The notes: generated by a model not told the origin, from the sequence alone. A DNA stretch of 64,000 bases from Roseibium sp. (GCA_050289605.1 JBNKGB010000006.1:9167-73166), one strand, 5' to 3'; positions 44,047 through 55,211 are shown, counted from the first letter of the stretch. A program made the numbers and translations.

Positions 44047-45651
44047 TTAACCAAGCAGCGATCGCAATTTCGGAGAAATTTCCACTTCGATCACGGTTGT
44101 GCCCTTTTGCGCCAGCGCTTCGCGCAGGGCCGATCTGAATTCCTCGCTGGTTTTCACCTTTGCGGTTTTGGCGCCGTATCCGCGCCCGAGCGCCTCGATG
44201 TCCAGACCCGGAAGATCGAGCCCTGGTACGTTTGGTGTTTCTTCCAGGATCGCGAATTCCTTCAGTATTGCATATTCGCTGTTCCGCATGGCGACGAAAA
44301 CGACATGGGCGTTCTCCTGGACACCCGTGTAGATGCTTTGAACTGAGTATTGGAACGATCCGTCGCCGATTACGGCAATGACCGGTCTGTTCCGACCGCT
44401 TTCCTCCTCGGCCAAGGCAAGACCGACAGCAGCCGGCATGTCCCAACCAAGACCGCCTGAAGCAAACGTGTAGAAGGTATCGGGCTTGTTGATCGGAATC
44501 TGCCGTTCAAGTTCGATGACATTGGAGGGAGATTCCTCCACAAGGACAAAGTCATCCGGGGTAGTGTCCCGAATCAGTCCGTAAATGGCATCCGGTGTCA
44601 GCGGAAGGCTCGAGTAGTCAGGCGTTGGAGCAGCTTCCTTGACATAGGGATTGGCTGTTTCGGCGCGCTTGTTCACCAAGGGCAATACTGCCTCAAGGAA
44701 CAGTTTGCTGTCGGAAACCAGGCTGTCTCCAACGGGTGCTTTGGCAGCCATATCCGGATCGTCGGTGACATGAAGCAAGCTGGTTCCAGACGGCAGGTAG
44801 TCGCCAGGCACATAGGGATAATAGCGGAAAACCGGTGCTCCCACCGTGACCACGAGATCGTGCCCTTCGAGGCGTCTGCAAATCGGGCCGATTGCCGAAG
44901 GCAGCGTTCCCGCATGCAAACGGTGGCTTTCGGGGAAAGGCGTTCTTTCTGCGAAGGGGGCGGTCAGTACCGGTGCAGACAGAGCCTCGGCGAATGCAAT
45001 TCCCTCCTCCCAGGCCTGCGACCGCGCGATGTCGGAGCCAAAGACGAGAACGGGTCTGTCCGCTGCATTGATCCGGTCCGCAAATTCCTTGACACGGGCC
45101 GGATCCGCAGCCGACCGGAAGGCCACATTGCGCACCACGGCAGGACCTTCCATTTCCTTGTCCCAGTCATCCAGAGGCAGGGACAGGAACACCGGTCCAC
45201 ACGGTTGCTGGACCGCAGCGGCGTAAGCTCGCATGAATGCTGCCGGAACGTCCTGCGCCCGGGCCGGTTCATAGCTCCATTTCACCCAGGGCTGGGGCAA
45301 CAGTGTCGCGTTGATGTTTGTCAGCAGCGGTTCCAGCAGCAACATGTCCCTGGTCTGCTGTCCGGCAGTCAGAATGAGCGGCGTTTTGTTCTGGTAGGCT
45401 GTCAGAATGCAGCCCATCGCGTTTCCCAATCCCGCACCGGTATGCACATTCACGATCACCGGTTTGCGCAAGCCTTGCGACATGCCGTCGGCTATGCCGA
45501 CGACACTGGCTTCCTGAAGAGACAGGACGTAACGGAAGTCCTCCGGAAAATTCTTCAGGAAGGTTTCTTCGGTAGATCCCGGGTTCCCAACGATCGTTGT
45601 GAGTCCGAGCTTTCGGAGAAGATCAAAAGTAACGTCTTTGACAGTCGGCAT
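44047..45651 (-). CDS. mdlC: benzoylformate decarboxylase-like ThDP enzyme
   Basis: GNPGSTE, FPEDFRYVLSLQE, TAGQQTR, VKWSYEP and GDGSFQY..N motifs. Confidence 0.85.
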   Translation of the reverse strand: MPTVKDVTFDLLRKLGLTTIVGNPGSTEETFLKNFPEDFRYVLSLQEASVVGIADGMSQGLRKPVIVNVHTGAGLGNAMGCILTAYQNKTPLILTAGQQTRDMLLLEPLLTNINATLLPQPWVKWSYEPARAQDVPAAFMRAYAAAVQQPCGPVFLSLPLDDWDKEMEGPAVVRNVAFRSAADPARVKEFADRINAADRPVLVFGSDIARSQAWEEGIAFAEALSAPVLTAPFAERTPFPESHRLHAGTLPSAIGPICRRLEGHDLVVTVGAPVFRYYPYVPGDYLPSGTSLLHVTDDPDMAAKAPVGDSLVSDSKLFLEAVLPLVNKRAETANPYVKEAAPTPDYSSLPLTPDAIYGLIRDTTPDDFVLVEESPSNVIELERQIPINKPDTFYTFASGGLGWDMPAAVGLALAEEESGRNRPVIAVIGDGSFQYSVQSIYTGVQENAHVVFVAMRNSEYAILKEFAILEETPNVPGLDLPGLDIEALGRGYGAKTAKVKTSEEFRSALREALAQKGTTVIEVEISPKLRSLLG

Positions 45652-45802
45652 CTCATCCTCCTGCCCCCTTCAAATCCGACAATCTGGAGGGGGTCACAAG
45701 ACCTGAATAAATCCGTCCACTTCCCTCAGCCAATTCGTGAATAAGCTTAGTTTGCGCCCTTCCCGTCAAACAAGTGAACAATAATCCATCAACCGCAAAC
45801 TA

Positions 45803-46507
45803 TCACACCTCAATCATGTCTCCCGGCCTGGGTAGCTTCACCTTGGCTGCAGCGTCGCCCAGGGCGGACGTGAATTTTTCGGCCGTCTGGTCGATGATCG
45901 GGAAGGTGCCGAAATGGCAGGGAACGATCGTCTCGAAATCGAAGAAGCGCTGGCAGGCCATCGCCGCCACCTTGCCGCCCATGGTGAAGCGGTCGCCGAT
46001 CGGAACCAGCCCGATCTTCGGCTGGTAGATCTCGTTGATCAAAGCCATGTCCGAGAAGATGTCCGTGTCGCCCATCTGGTAAAGCACCTTTTCCCCCGGA
46101 GCCTCGATGACGACGCCGTGCGGATTGCCCAGGTAGATCGCCTCCCCGTCCGTCTGCTTGGAGGAAGAATGATCCGCCCGGGTGAGCGCAACCTTGAAGG
46201 GGCCGACGTCGACATTGCCGCCTGAATTCATCGGACTGATGTTCTGCACACCCTGCCGGGTCGCCCACATGCAGATCTCGAAATTGGCGGTGAGCTGCGC
46301 ACCGGTCTTCTTCAGGATCTCGATGCTGTCGCCGATGTGATCGTCGTGCCCGTGCGTCAGGATCACATGAGTAACCCCGTCCGCGACCTCATCGGCGGAA
46401 AGGCCTTCCGGAAAGGAGGGATTTCCGCTCAGGAACGGGTCGAGCAGGATCGACGCGTCCCTGATGTCTATCCTGAATGCGGAATGGCCGTACCAGGTAA
46501 GTTTCAT
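45803..46507 (-). CDS. metal-dependent hydrolase, metallo-beta-lactamase fold (UPF0173)
   Basis: WYGHSAF, THGHDDH, PIGDRFTM and PCHFGTF motifs. Confidence 0.92.
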   Translation of the reverse strand: MKLTWYGHSAFRIDIRDASILLDPFLSGNPSFPEGLSADEVADGVTHVILTHGHDDHIGDSIEILKKTGAQLTANFEICMWATRQGVQNISPMNSGGNVDVGPFKVALTRADHSSSKQTDGEAIYLGNPHGVVIEAPGEKVLYQMGDTDIFSDMALINEIYQPKIGLVPIGDRFTMGGKVAAMACQRFFDFETIVPCHFGTFPIIDQTAEKFTSALGDAAAKVKLPRPGDMIEV

Positions 46508-46678
46508 CGATATCTCCCAACCGTTGAGTTCAACATGTAAGAATCCTAGCAGCCCCGGAGGCAAGGCAACAACCAATTTGGTATGGTTCCGTATGCACCA
46601 TGAGGCGGCGCCACTTTTCTGCCGGCAGCAGGCAAGGGTGTGGCGGCGTCCTGCCCGCATGCGAAGGAGGACAGGCCG

Positions 46679-47275
46679 ATGAGCAGGAACAACAACGAGC
46701 AGCCAGCCATTCGCCCCGCGCGGCCGGACGACGCGAGGATCCTGGCCGAGCTGGTCAACCACGCCGGTGAAGGACTTCCTCTGTATCTATGGGGGAAAAT
46801 AGCTCCCGAGGGCATATCGGCCTGGGACGTGGGCGCTGAACGCGCTGCCCGCGAGCAAGGCAGCTTTTCCTACAGGAACGCGAGGATCATCGAACATGAG
46901 GGCAACCCGGCCGGGACGCTGATCGGCTACGAGATCGCGGATGCCCCCGAACCGGCGCCGCAGGACCTGCCGGCGATGTTCGTGCCGCTGGTGGACCTGG
47001 AGGGGCTTGCTCCGGGCACCTGGTACGTCAACGTCGTGGCCGTTCTGCCGCGCTACCGGGGCCTCGGCCTTGGCACCCGTTTGCTTGCACTTGCAGAGGA
47101 AACCGCGGCGCATCTCGGCAAACGCGGCCTGAGCCTGATTGTTGCCGACAACAATGTCTCCGCACGGCGGCTTTATGAACGCCAGGGCTACGTCGAAGCC
47201 GCCAGCCGGCCTATCGTGAAGGACGGCTGGCAGACGGAGGGAGAAAACTGGGTCCTCATGACGAAGACGATCTGA
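46679..47275 (+). CDS. GNAT acetyltransferase
   Basis: VAVLPRYRGLGLGTRLL and NVSARRLYERQGY motifs. Confidence 0.9.
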   Translation: MSRNNNEQPAIRPARPDDARILAELVNHAGEGLPLYLWGKIAPEGISAWDVGAERAAREQGSFSYRNARIIEHEGNPAGTLIGYEIADAPEPAPQDLPAMFVPLVDLEGLAPGTWYVNVVAVLPRYRGLGLGTRLLALAEETAAHLGKRGLSLIVADNNVSARRLYERQGYVEAASRPIVKDGWQTEGENWVLMTKTI

Positions 47276-47313
47276 ACCCGAAGGTGAAGCGGCCAACGCA
47301 CGGGAGCCCCCTC

Positions 47314-48162
47314 ATGTACCGACATCTCGATTGCCGGATCTCCGAAAGCCTCTGGCGCGAACTTCAGGCGGAAGTTGACCGGACGGGCCACAGCCTGTCC
47401 CATATCGTACAGGACAAGCTCGCCGAAAGCTTCGACCTGGAACACCACACCATTTTCCAGGTCTCGACCAGCACGGCTGTTACCAAGGGCCTGTTCAAGG
47501 GCTGCGCCACCGTTGCGAACCTCAAGGAGCATGGCGACTTCGGCATCGGCACCTTTGAGGATCTCGACGGCGAACTGATCCTGTTCGAGGGTCATGCCTA
47601 TCAGGCACGGGACGGTGGAACTGTGGAGGAAGCCCCGGACAGCGAACAAACGCCTTTCGCGACGATCACCCGCTTTTCTCCGGAACATCAGGTCATCCTG
47701 GAAACAGTCGAAAGCCAAAGGCATCTGGAGGCTTTGCTCGATTCCCACCGCCCGTCCCAGAACACCTTTGCCGGCCTTCGGATCGATGGTCTGTTTGACA
47801 CGATAGAGCTGCGGGCAGCCTGCAAGGCTGCTCCGGGTGAAGATCTGGTCGCGGCAACCGCCCACCAAAGCGAATTCTCCTTCGAAAACATCGAGGGAAC
47901 ACTGGTCGGCTTCTGGGCGCCCCTTTATGCCCGAACCCTGACGATTTCGGGCTATCACCTTCATTTCATTTCCAAAGACAGAACCCGGGGCGGCCATCTC
48001 ATTAACGTCAGGGCTTCGAACCTGAAGGCGCAATTGCATCTTGAGACGGACTTCCATATCGCCATTCCCGAGACGGAACAGTTTCTGGCCGCCGACCTGA
48101 GGGACGATCCCTCCAGGGCACTTGCGGTTGCCGAACATGGGCACGCGCGCGATCGGGAATGA
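47314..48162 (+). CDS. budA: alpha-acetolactate decarboxylase with an N-terminal RHH-like extension
   Basis: GDFGIGTFEDLDGE, TPFA, GTLVGFW.P and GYHLHF...GGH motifs. Confidence 0.85.
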   Translation: MYRHLDCRISESLWRELQAEVDRTGHSLSHIVQDKLAESFDLEHHTIFQVSTSTAVTKGLFKGCATVANLKEHGDFGIGTFEDLDGELILFEGHAYQARDGGTVEEAPDSEQTPFATITRFSPEHQVILETVESQRHLEALLDSHRPSQNTFAGLRIDGLFDTIELRAACKAAPGEDLVAATAHQSEFSFENIEGTLVGFWAPLYARTLTISGYHLHFISKDRTRGGHLINVRASNLKAQLHLETDFHIAIPETEQFLAADLRDDPSRALAVAEHGHARDRE

Positions 48163-48216
48163 CCTTTCGCACCGGTTTTGCTGGCATCGCCCCCAAAGCC
48201 CTGATAAAGCCGCATC

Positions 48217-48702
48217 ATGGCAAACGATCCTGCTCTTTCCCTTGAAGATTTCGTTGCAGCGCTTCCCGCAGGCAGCCGCCTGATCGGGCTCGATCTCGGC
48301 ACCAAGACCATCGGCTTGGCGCTATCCGATCTGGGCCGGGGCATCGCATCACCCATGGAGACCATCCGGCGGAAGAAATTCACCCTCGACGCCGAGCAAT
48401 TGCTCCAGATCTGTGCGAAACAGGGCGTCGGCGGCATCGTCATGGGCCTCCCGCTCAACATGGACGGCAGCGAAGGTCCGCGCGCGCAGGCGACCCGCGC
48501 CTTCGTTCGCAATCTCTCCCAGAAGACCGATCTGCCGGTGACCTACTGGGACGAGCGCCTGTCGACCGCCGCCGTAACGCGCACGTTGCTCGAAGCCGAT
48601 TCCAGCCGCGCCAAACGGGCCGAAGTGGTCGACAAGATGGCGGCCGCCTTCATTCTGCAGGGCTTTCTGGACCGACTCGGTTTTATGGGATTAGATAGCT
48701 GA
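48217..48702 (+). CDS. ruvX: YqgF/RuvX pre-16S rRNA nuclease
   Basis: [28 protein letters not shown] and VDKMAA motifs. Confidence 0.93.
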   Translation: MANDPALSLEDFVAALPAGSRLIGLDLGTKTIGLALSDLGRGIASPMETIRRKKFTLDAEQLLQICAKQGVGGIVMGLPLNMDGSEGPRAQATRAFVRNLSQKTDLPVTYWDERLSTAAVTRTLLEADSSRAKRAEVVDKMAAAFILQGFLDRLGFMGLDS

Positions 48703-48791
48703 CCTCTTCCCGACCCGCCGCCTGAGCCCAAGCCGGCGAGGCCGGCGACCCCGGTTCCCGCCGCAAGCCAAATCCGTCCCAGGTCTCATCC

Positions 48792-49718
48792 ATGCTCTCC
48801 ATTCTCGCCGCTCTGGCACCGGTTATCCTCGTGATTGCGTCCGGGCACCTGATTGCCCGCACCGGGCTCATCACCGGCGAACAGTGGCGCGGCGTCGAAA
48901 GGCTCGCCTATTTCGTCCTGTTTCCGGCAGTGCTCTTCCGAACGATATCCCAGGCCGATTTCGCCAGGTTCCCGACCCTGAACATGGGCGCGGCGCTGCT
49001 TGCCACGATCCTGGCGATGGCGGTCCTGCTTCTGCTTGCCAGGACATCCATCGAACGGATCTGGGGGATCGGCCCGGCCCGGTTCACGTCGATCTTCCAG
49101 GGAACCCTGCGCTGGAACGCTATGATCGCGCTTGCGATTGCCGACAATGTCGCCGGCGACACCGGTCTTGCCATGCTTGCCGTTGCCATGGTGTTCATGA
49201 TCCCGGTGCTGAACGTCGCCAGCATCCTGGTGCTGTCCCACTATGCCAGCGGCACAACGCCGAGCGGAGCGAAGCTGCTGAAGGACCTTTACACAAATCC
49301 CTTCATCATCTCGATCGGTGCGGGTGTCCTGCTGAATGTCTCAGGCCTCTCCCTTCCCTCCGTCGTCAGCGACACGCTTGAAATCTTTTCGCGGGCTGCG
49401 CTGCCCATCGGGATCATCTGCGTCGGCGCCGGGCTCGACCTCGGCTCCCTGAGACGGCCGGGACCGGCGCTCACCATTGGAACGTTCCTGCGTCCGGTCT
49501 TCATGCCGCTGCTGGCCTTCGGCTTCGCGACGCTCTTTGGCGTCAGCGGAACCGCGCTGACCGTCATCGTCATCGCCAGTACCGTTCCCTGCGCCAGCAA
49601 TTCCTATATTCTCGCCAGGCAGATGGGTGGCGATGCCAAGCTGATGGCGGAGATCATCACCCTGCAGACCCTGGCGGCCACGGTGACGACCACGCTTGCC
49701 CTCCTCCTCTTCACCTGA
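48792..49718 (+). CDS. AEC-family transporter
   Basis: YFVLFPA, NPFII and YILARQMGGD motifs; polytopic. Confidence 0.88.
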   Translation: MLSILAALAPVILVIASGHLIARTGLITGEQWRGVERLAYFVLFPAVLFRTISQADFARFPTLNMGAALLATILAMAVLLLLARTSIERIWGIGPARFTSIFQGTLRWNAMIALAIADNVAGDTGLAMLAVAMVFMIPVLNVASILVLSHYASGTTPSGAKLLKDLYTNPFIISIGAGVLLNVSGLSLPSVVSDTLEIFSRAALPIGIICVGAGLDLGSLRRPGPALTIGTFLRPVFMPLLAFGFATLFGVSGTALTVIVIASTVPCASNSYILARQMGGDAKLMAEIITLQTLAATVTTTLALLLFT

Positions 49719-49847
49719 TCGGAGCTCGTGCGAGACCCTGATATATTTGTCCAATCGATCAAATATTTAGCGGGCATGTGGACAGCGGGTACGAGCTGAA
49801 CTCCGGTCTTGTGCATGGAGACGATTCCTCCTATAGGGATGATCTCG

Positions 49848-50804
49848 ATGACCGCGAGCAACACCCATCGAGACACCCCTTTCCCCCATCGTCATTTGCT
49901 GGGCATAGAGGGGCTTCACCCCCATGAAATTCTGGGCCTTCTGGACCGGGCCGAGGAAGCCGTAGAGGTTTCCCGCCAGATCCACAAACGCAGGCTGGTC
50001 CTGCAGGGGCGAACCCAGATCAACCTCTTTTTCGAAAATTCCACCCGCACCCAAAGCTCGTTCGAGTTGGCCGGCAAACGGCTCGGGGCGGATGTGATGA
50101 ACATGGCCGTGTCCCAGTCCTCGGTCAAAAAGGGCGAGACGCTGATCGACACGGCCGCGACGCTGAACGCGATGCACCCCGATCTCCTCGTCGTTCGCCA
50201 CCATGCGGCAGGCGCCGTGCATCTTCTGGCCCGCAAGGTCGGTTGCTCGGTGGTCAATGCCGGCGACGGGCCGCACGAGCACCCGACCCAGGCCCTGCTC
50301 GACGCACTCACCATCCGCCGTCACAAGGGCAAGATCGCCCGGCTGACGGTGGCAATCTGCGGCGACATCGCCCATTCGCGCGTCGCCCGCTCGAACATCA
50401 TTCTCCTGAATGCGCTCGGCGCCCGCGTGCGGGTGGTCGCCCCCTCCACGCTTCTCCCCTCCGGCATCGCCAAGATGGGCGTGGAGGTCTTCACCAGCAT
50501 GAAGGAAGGGCTGGCCGGCGCGGACATCGTCATGATGCTTCGGCTTCAACGCGAGCGCATGAACGGCGCCTTCGTCCCGTCGGTCCGCGAATACTACCGC
50601 TACTACGGCCTCGATGCGGAAAAGCTGGCCTTTGCCAAGGAAGACGCGCTGGTCATGCATCCGGGCCCGATGAATCGGGGCGTCGAGATCGACGCGTCCA
50701 TCGCCGACGGCCCGCAAAGCCTGATCCGCGAGCAGGTGGAGATGGGTGTTGCGGTGCGCATGGCGGTTCTCGAAGCGCTCGCCGCCAATCTTCCCAATAA
50801 CTAG
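49848..50804 (+). CDS. pyrB: aspartate carbamoyltransferase catalytic subunit
   Basis: [14 protein letters not shown] and MHPGPMNRG motifs. Confidence 0.96.
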   Translation: MTASNTHRDTPFPHRHLLGIEGLHPHEILGLLDRAEEAVEVSRQIHKRRLVLQGRTQINLFFENSTRTQSSFELAGKRLGADVMNMAVSQSSVKKGETLIDTAATLNAMHPDLLVVRHHAAGAVHLLARKVGCSVVNAGDGPHEHPTQALLDALTIRRHKGKIARLTVAICGDIAHSRVARSNIILLNALGARVRVVAPSTLLPSGIAKMGVEVFTSMKEGLAGADIVMMLRLQRERMNGAFVPSVREYYRYYGLDAEKLAFAKEDALVMHPGPMNRGVEIDASIADGPQSLIREQVEMGVAVRMAVLEALAANLPNN

Positions 50805-50816
50805 AGGATTTTCATC

Positions 50817-52118
50817 GTGGCTCTCGACACACCAAAACCTCTGGTTCTTTCCAACGCCAGAGTGATCGACCCGGCACGCGAGCTGGATGCGCCCGGCTCC
50901 GTCATCATCGCCGACGGCACAATCCTCGCCGCCGGACCGGAAGCGGCCAACCAGGGCGCACCCTACGGGGCTGAAATCGTCGACTGCAAGGGCGCAATCG
51001 CCTGCCCGGGCCTGATCGACATGTGCGTCTCAGTCGGCGAACCGGGCGCCGAACACCGCGAGACCCTTGCCAGCGCCTCGGAAGCAGCCGCCGCAGGCGG
51101 CATCACCACCATCTGCACCATGCCCGACACGGACCCGGTCATCGACGACCCGGCCCTGGTGGATTTCATCCTGCGCCGCGCGCGCGACACGGCCAGCGTA
51201 AACGTGTTGCCCCTTGCCGCGCTGACCAAGGGGCTCAAGGGCGAGGAAATGACCGAGATCGGCCTGCTGAAGGAAGCTGGCGCGATTGCGTTCACCAACG
51301 GCCACCGGTCCGTCAAGAACGCCCAGGTCATGCGACGCATGATGACCTACGCGCGCGATTTCGATGCGCTCGTCATCCACCACACGGAAGATCCAGATCT
51401 TGCCGGCGGCGTCATGAACGCCGGTCTCAATGCCAGCTGGAAAGGTCTTTCCGGCGTGCCGCGCGAGGCGGAGATCATCATGCTGGAACGGGACCTGCGC
51501 CTCGTCGGCATGTCGAAAGGCAGATACCACGCGAACCTGATCTCGACTTCGGATAGCGCCGACGTGATCCGTACGGGCAAATCCCGCGGCCTCGACATCA
51601 CCGCGGGGATTTCGGTCAACCACCTCACCCACAATGAGAACGACATCGGCGCCTACCGCACCTTCTTCAAGATGTCGCCGCCGCTCAGGGACGAGGACGA
51701 CCGGCAAGCGATGATCGCAGCCGTCGCGGACGGAACCATCGACGTGATATGCTCCAACCACGATCCCCAGGACGTCGAGACCAAGCGGCATCCCTGGGCA
51801 GAAGCCGAAGACGGAGCAATCGGCCTGGAAACCCTGCTGGCGGCAGCCCTCAGGCTTTATCATTCCGAACAGGTCGACCTCATCACACTACTTGGGGCCA
51901 TGACGTGCCGTCCGGCGGACAGGCTTGGCCTCGACAGCGGCCGCCTTGCCAAGGGCGCCCCGGCGGATATCACCGTCTTCGATCCGGACAGGCCCTGGGT
52001 CCTGGAAAAGAGTGCGATCCGTTCCCGGTCGAAGAACTCGCCTTTCGAAGATGCCCGTTTCTCGGGCCGGGTTCTGAGAACGGTGGTCGCAGGCAGGACG
52101 GTCTACCGTTACGACTGA
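50817..52118 (+). CDS. pyrC: dihydroorotase-family protein (PyrC/PyrC-prime)
   Basis: PGLID, AAGGITT..MP and KMSPPLR; the HxH metal motif is replaced by CVS, so it is probably the inactive ATCase-associated form. Confidence 0.85.
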   Translation: MALDTPKPLVLSNARVIDPARELDAPGSVIIADGTILAAGPEAANQGAPYGAEIVDCKGAIACPGLIDMCVSVGEPGAEHRETLASASEAAAAGGITTICTMPDTDPVIDDPALVDFILRRARDTASVNVLPLAALTKGLKGEEMTEIGLLKEAGAIAFTNGHRSVKNAQVMRRMMTYARDFDALVIHHTEDPDLAGGVMNAGLNASWKGLSGVPREAEIIMLERDLRLVGMSKGRYHANLISTSDSADVIRTGKSRGLDITAGISVNHLTHNENDIGAYRTFFKMSPPLRDEDDRQAMIAAVADGTIDVICSNHDPQDVETKRHPWAEAEDGAIGLETLLAAALRLYHSEQVDLITLLGAMTCRPADRLGLDSGRLAKGAPADITVFDPDRPWVLEKSAIRSRSKNSPFEDARFSGRVLRTVVAGRTVYRYD

Positions 52119-52222
52119 CGTCCCCCAGTCAGGCGCCTCTCAGGACACGAAAATCTCTCATCGGCCATCCCGTTTCGCGCCACAATTTTCGTGGAACCTG
52201 CCGGGGTGCCCGATTTGAGCGG

Positions 52223-53011
52223 ATGATTTCAATGCGCCTGACTTTTCTCGTCTTTCTTTCCCTGACAGTGTTTGCCGGCCAGTCGCAGGCAGCCGACCTT
52301 TATCTCAAATACAAGCTCTATGCGGTCGGTTTGCCGATCGGATCGGGCGCGCTGTCGCTGGACGTCAATGACGAAGCCTATTCAATCACAGGTGACGGCC
52401 AGACAGCGGCTTTCGGAAGGCTGGTGTCCGACGGCAAAGGCTCCGTCAGGGCGCGCGGCGGCGTCGGCAAAAACGGTCTTGCCCCGCAACGATACGATTT
52501 CAACATTTCCAGCGAGGACGAGACCGGTACGGTCGCGATGGAAATGCAGGGCGGAATGGTAAGCAAGATTGCCGTCAATCCGCCCCAGGACCGGATGAAG
52601 GAACGCGTCAAGGTAAGCGAGGAAGACAAGGTCGAGGTGCTCGATCCCCTGAGCGCCGCGCTTTTCCCGGCCCCGAAGGGCCTGGCGCCGGAGAGCTGCA
52701 ATCGGACCGTGAAGCTGTTCGACGGCAAGGAGCGCTACAACGTCCACCTGAGATACAAGACCCGGCAAAAGGCCAAGACGGCCGACGGCCGCTTCAACGG
52801 CGACGTCCTGGTCTGCAGCGCGCGCTACGAGCCGGTGGCCGGACACCGCCCGAACCGCAAGACCATCAAGCAGCTTGCCGACAACAAGTCGCTGGAAGTC
52901 TGGCTCGCCCCGGTCGGTAACCGTCCCTATCTCGTGCCGCTGCGCGCCAGCATGGAGGCCCCCTTCGGCACCCTCGTGGTGCAGGCGGAGAAATTCAAAC
53001 TGTCGAAATAG
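52223..53011 (+). CDS. exported DUF3108-like protein
   Basis: Signal peptide; LDPLSA, FDGKERY, Y.PVAGHR and VWLAP motifs. Confidence 0.75.
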   Translation: MISMRLTFLVFLSLTVFAGQSQAADLYLKYKLYAVGLPIGSGALSLDVNDEAYSITGDGQTAAFGRLVSDGKGSVRARGGVGKNGLAPQRYDFNISSEDETGTVAMEMQGGMVSKIAVNPPQDRMKERVKVSEEDKVEVLDPLSAALFPAPKGLAPESCNRTVKLFDGKERYNVHLRYKTRQKAKTADGRFNGDVLVCSARYEPVAGHRPNRKTIKQLADNKSLEVWLAPVGNRPYLVPLRASMEAPFGTLVVQAEKFKLSK

Positions 53012-53140
53012 GCGCAGGCGGATTTGGTATCGAATGGTCTGCCATCGCACATCTTTTCGATCCCGCCGGACTTGATCCGCTTCTCCATCCCGTTACATTG
53101 CGGGAACAATTTCCTACGCGCTCAACCGGAGACCCGCCGC

Positions 53141-53794
53141 GTGCCTGAACCGATCAGCTGGGCCCTCGCCTGGCCCTACTATCTTGCCGTCCTCGCCTTC
53201 GGCTACCTGCTCGGGTCCATCCCCTTCGGGCTGATCTTCACGCGCATGGCCGGGCTCGGCGATATCCGCAACATCGGTTCCGGCAACATCGGCACCACGA
53301 ACGTGCTGCGCACCGGCAGGAAGTCGCTCGCCGCCGCAACCCTCGTCGGCGATGCCCTCAAGGGCACGGTCGCGGTCCTGATCGTGAAATATTTCTATGG
53401 GCAGGAAATGGCCCTGGTGGCGGGTCTCGGCGCCTTTCTCGGACACCTTTTTCCGGTCTGGCTCGGGTTTCGCGGCGGCAAGGGTGTCGCCACCTATCTC
53501 GGCATCCTGCTCGGCCTGTTCTGGCCGATGTTCGTGATCGCGGCCGGCATCTGGGTCGGCATGGCCTTTGTGTTCCGCTATTCCTCGCTCTCCGCCCTGA
53601 CGGCGACCCTGGCGACCCCTGTCTTGCTCTATGTGGTGTTTCACCAGTTCCAGATGGCGGAGATGTTCGTCCTGCTGACCGTTCTTCTGTGGGCCAAGCA
53701 CCATGAGAACATCGCCCGGCTTTTGAGCGGCAAGGAAAGCAAGATCGGCGCGAAGGCCAAGGCGGCGTCCGAGCCGGACGGCGGAGGCGCGTGA
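53141..53794 (+). CDS. plsY: glycerol-3-phosphate acyltransferase
   Basis: [19 protein letters not shown] and HHENIARL motifs. Confidence 0.95.
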   Translation: MPEPISWALAWPYYLAVLAFGYLLGSIPFGLIFTRMAGLGDIRNIGSGNIGTTNVLRTGRKSLAAATLVGDALKGTVAVLIVKYFYGQEMALVAGLGAFLGHLFPVWLGFRGGKGVATYLGILLGLFWPMFVIAAGIWVGMAFVFRYSSLSALTATLATPVLLYVVFHQFQMAEMFVLLTVLLWAKHHENIARLLSGKESKIGAKAKAASEPDGGGA

Positions 53795-54927
53795 GCGGCC
53801 CGGCGGAACATAAAACGCGGTGCCTCTCCGAGGCCCAGCGGATTGCGTGGCTGCGTTTGATACGGTCTGAAAACATCGGTCCGGCCACCTTCTTCGACCT
53901 CCTTGACCACACGGGCTCCGCTGAACGCGCGCTTGAGCTGCTGCCGGAGCTGTCCAGGCGCGGCGGCCGGAAAAGCTACCGGATCTGCCCCCAGGAGGAC
54001 GCCTGGGCGGAGCTGGAGGCACACAACCGGTACGGGGCACGGCTCGTCGCCTTCGGTGAAGCGGACTATCCGCCTCATTTGCGGCATATCGACGGGCCTC
54101 CCCCGCTACTGTCGGTCAAGGGTGGAACTATTCTTTCATCACCGGGAATGCTCGGCATCGTTGGCGCCAGGAACGCATCCCTTTCCGGCAGGAAGCTCGC
54201 CGCCATGTTCGCGCGTGATCTCGGCCGAGAAGGCTTTGCCATCATATCCGGGCTTGCCCGAGGCATCGACGCCGCAGCGCATGAAGCCGCCCTGCCAACG
54301 GGAACCGTCGCGGTTTTTGCGGGCGGTATCGACAATCTCTATCCGCCGGAACACGGCCGGCTGCTCGCCGAGATCCTGGAGACGGGCGGCGCCGTTGTCA
54401 GCGAGATGCCGTTCGGCTGGAAACCGCGCGGCCGAGATTTCCCGAGGCGAAACAGGCTGATATCCGGTGCGTCGCTCGGGGTGATCGTGATCGAAGCTGC
54501 AAAGGCCTCCGGATCGCTCCACACCGCACGTTACGCGCTGGATCAGAACCGCGAGATCTTCGCCGTTCCCGGCTCGCCGCTCGACCCGCGTTCGGAAGGT
54601 GCGAACGGTCTGATCCGCCAGGGCGCCGCATTGGTCACCTCGGCGGCGGATGTACTGGAAGGTCTCTCCGGCCGCATTCAACCGGTACTTCCCCTGCAGC
54701 ACCGCCTGCTGGAGGAAGGCAGGCAACCGCCCTCGCCTCCCTCCGAACCGGACGACAGACTTCGGCGGGTGGTGTTGTCCGCTCTCGGGCCCGCTCCGGT
54801 CGATCTGGACGAGCTGATACGCGCAACCGGGGCTGACGTCCGCGAAATCCATGTCGTCCTCCTGGAACTGGAACTCGCCGGAAGAATCGAGCGACACCGG
54901 GGCAACAAGATCTCCGCCTTGATGTGA
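53791..54927 (+). CDS. dprA: DNA-processing protein DprA
   Basis: [23 protein letters not shown] and SGSLHTA motifs. Confidence 0.95.
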   Translation: MSGPAEHKTRCLSEAQRIAWLRLIRSENIGPATFFDLLDHTGSAERALELLPELSRRGGRKSYRICPQEDAWAELEAHNRYGARLVAFGEADYPPHLRHIDGPPPLLSVKGGTILSSPGMLGIVGARNASLSGRKLAAMFARDLGREGFAIISGLARGIDAAAHEAALPTGTVAVFAGGIDNLYPPEHGRLLAEILETGGAVVSEMPFGWKPRGRDFPRRNRLISGASLGVIVIEAAKASGSLHTARYALDQNREIFAVPGSPLDPRSEGANGLIRQGAALVTSAADVLEGLSGRIQPVLPLQHRLLEEGRQPPSPPSEPDDRLRRVVLSALGPAPVDLDELIRATGADVREIHVVLLELELAGRIERHRGNKISALM

Positions 54928-55211
54928 GTTGAGGATAGCCTCGGAAGACGGCCCCAGCGTTCAATCAAACGCCGGCGAGTTGTTTCGCCGGGCCGAAGCC
55001 GATCCACATTAGGCTGTTCGCCGGATTGCAGTCGAACGTTCTCTGGTTTAGTGGATAACCCGTTTGTGGACCGACCGGGTTGACCCGAACGAAGCAAAGG
55101 TCCATTTGACAGGCGGCGCGTGATCCGTGATCGTCTCCGCCATTGGGACTTCCAATATCAGCTTCTCCACCGGGCGGATTCCCCGTCCCGGCAAAAAACA
55201 TTTGGGTAAGA

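Noticed and set aside
51749-52222. Extended N-terminus of the DUF3108-like ORF
   Set aside because: It overlaps pyrC out of frame; the signal peptide begins at 52223 or 52232.
54990-55075. DnaA-box-like words upstream of topA
   Set aside because: Each has mismatches and there is no AT-rich unwinding element; too weak to call an origin or regulatory site.
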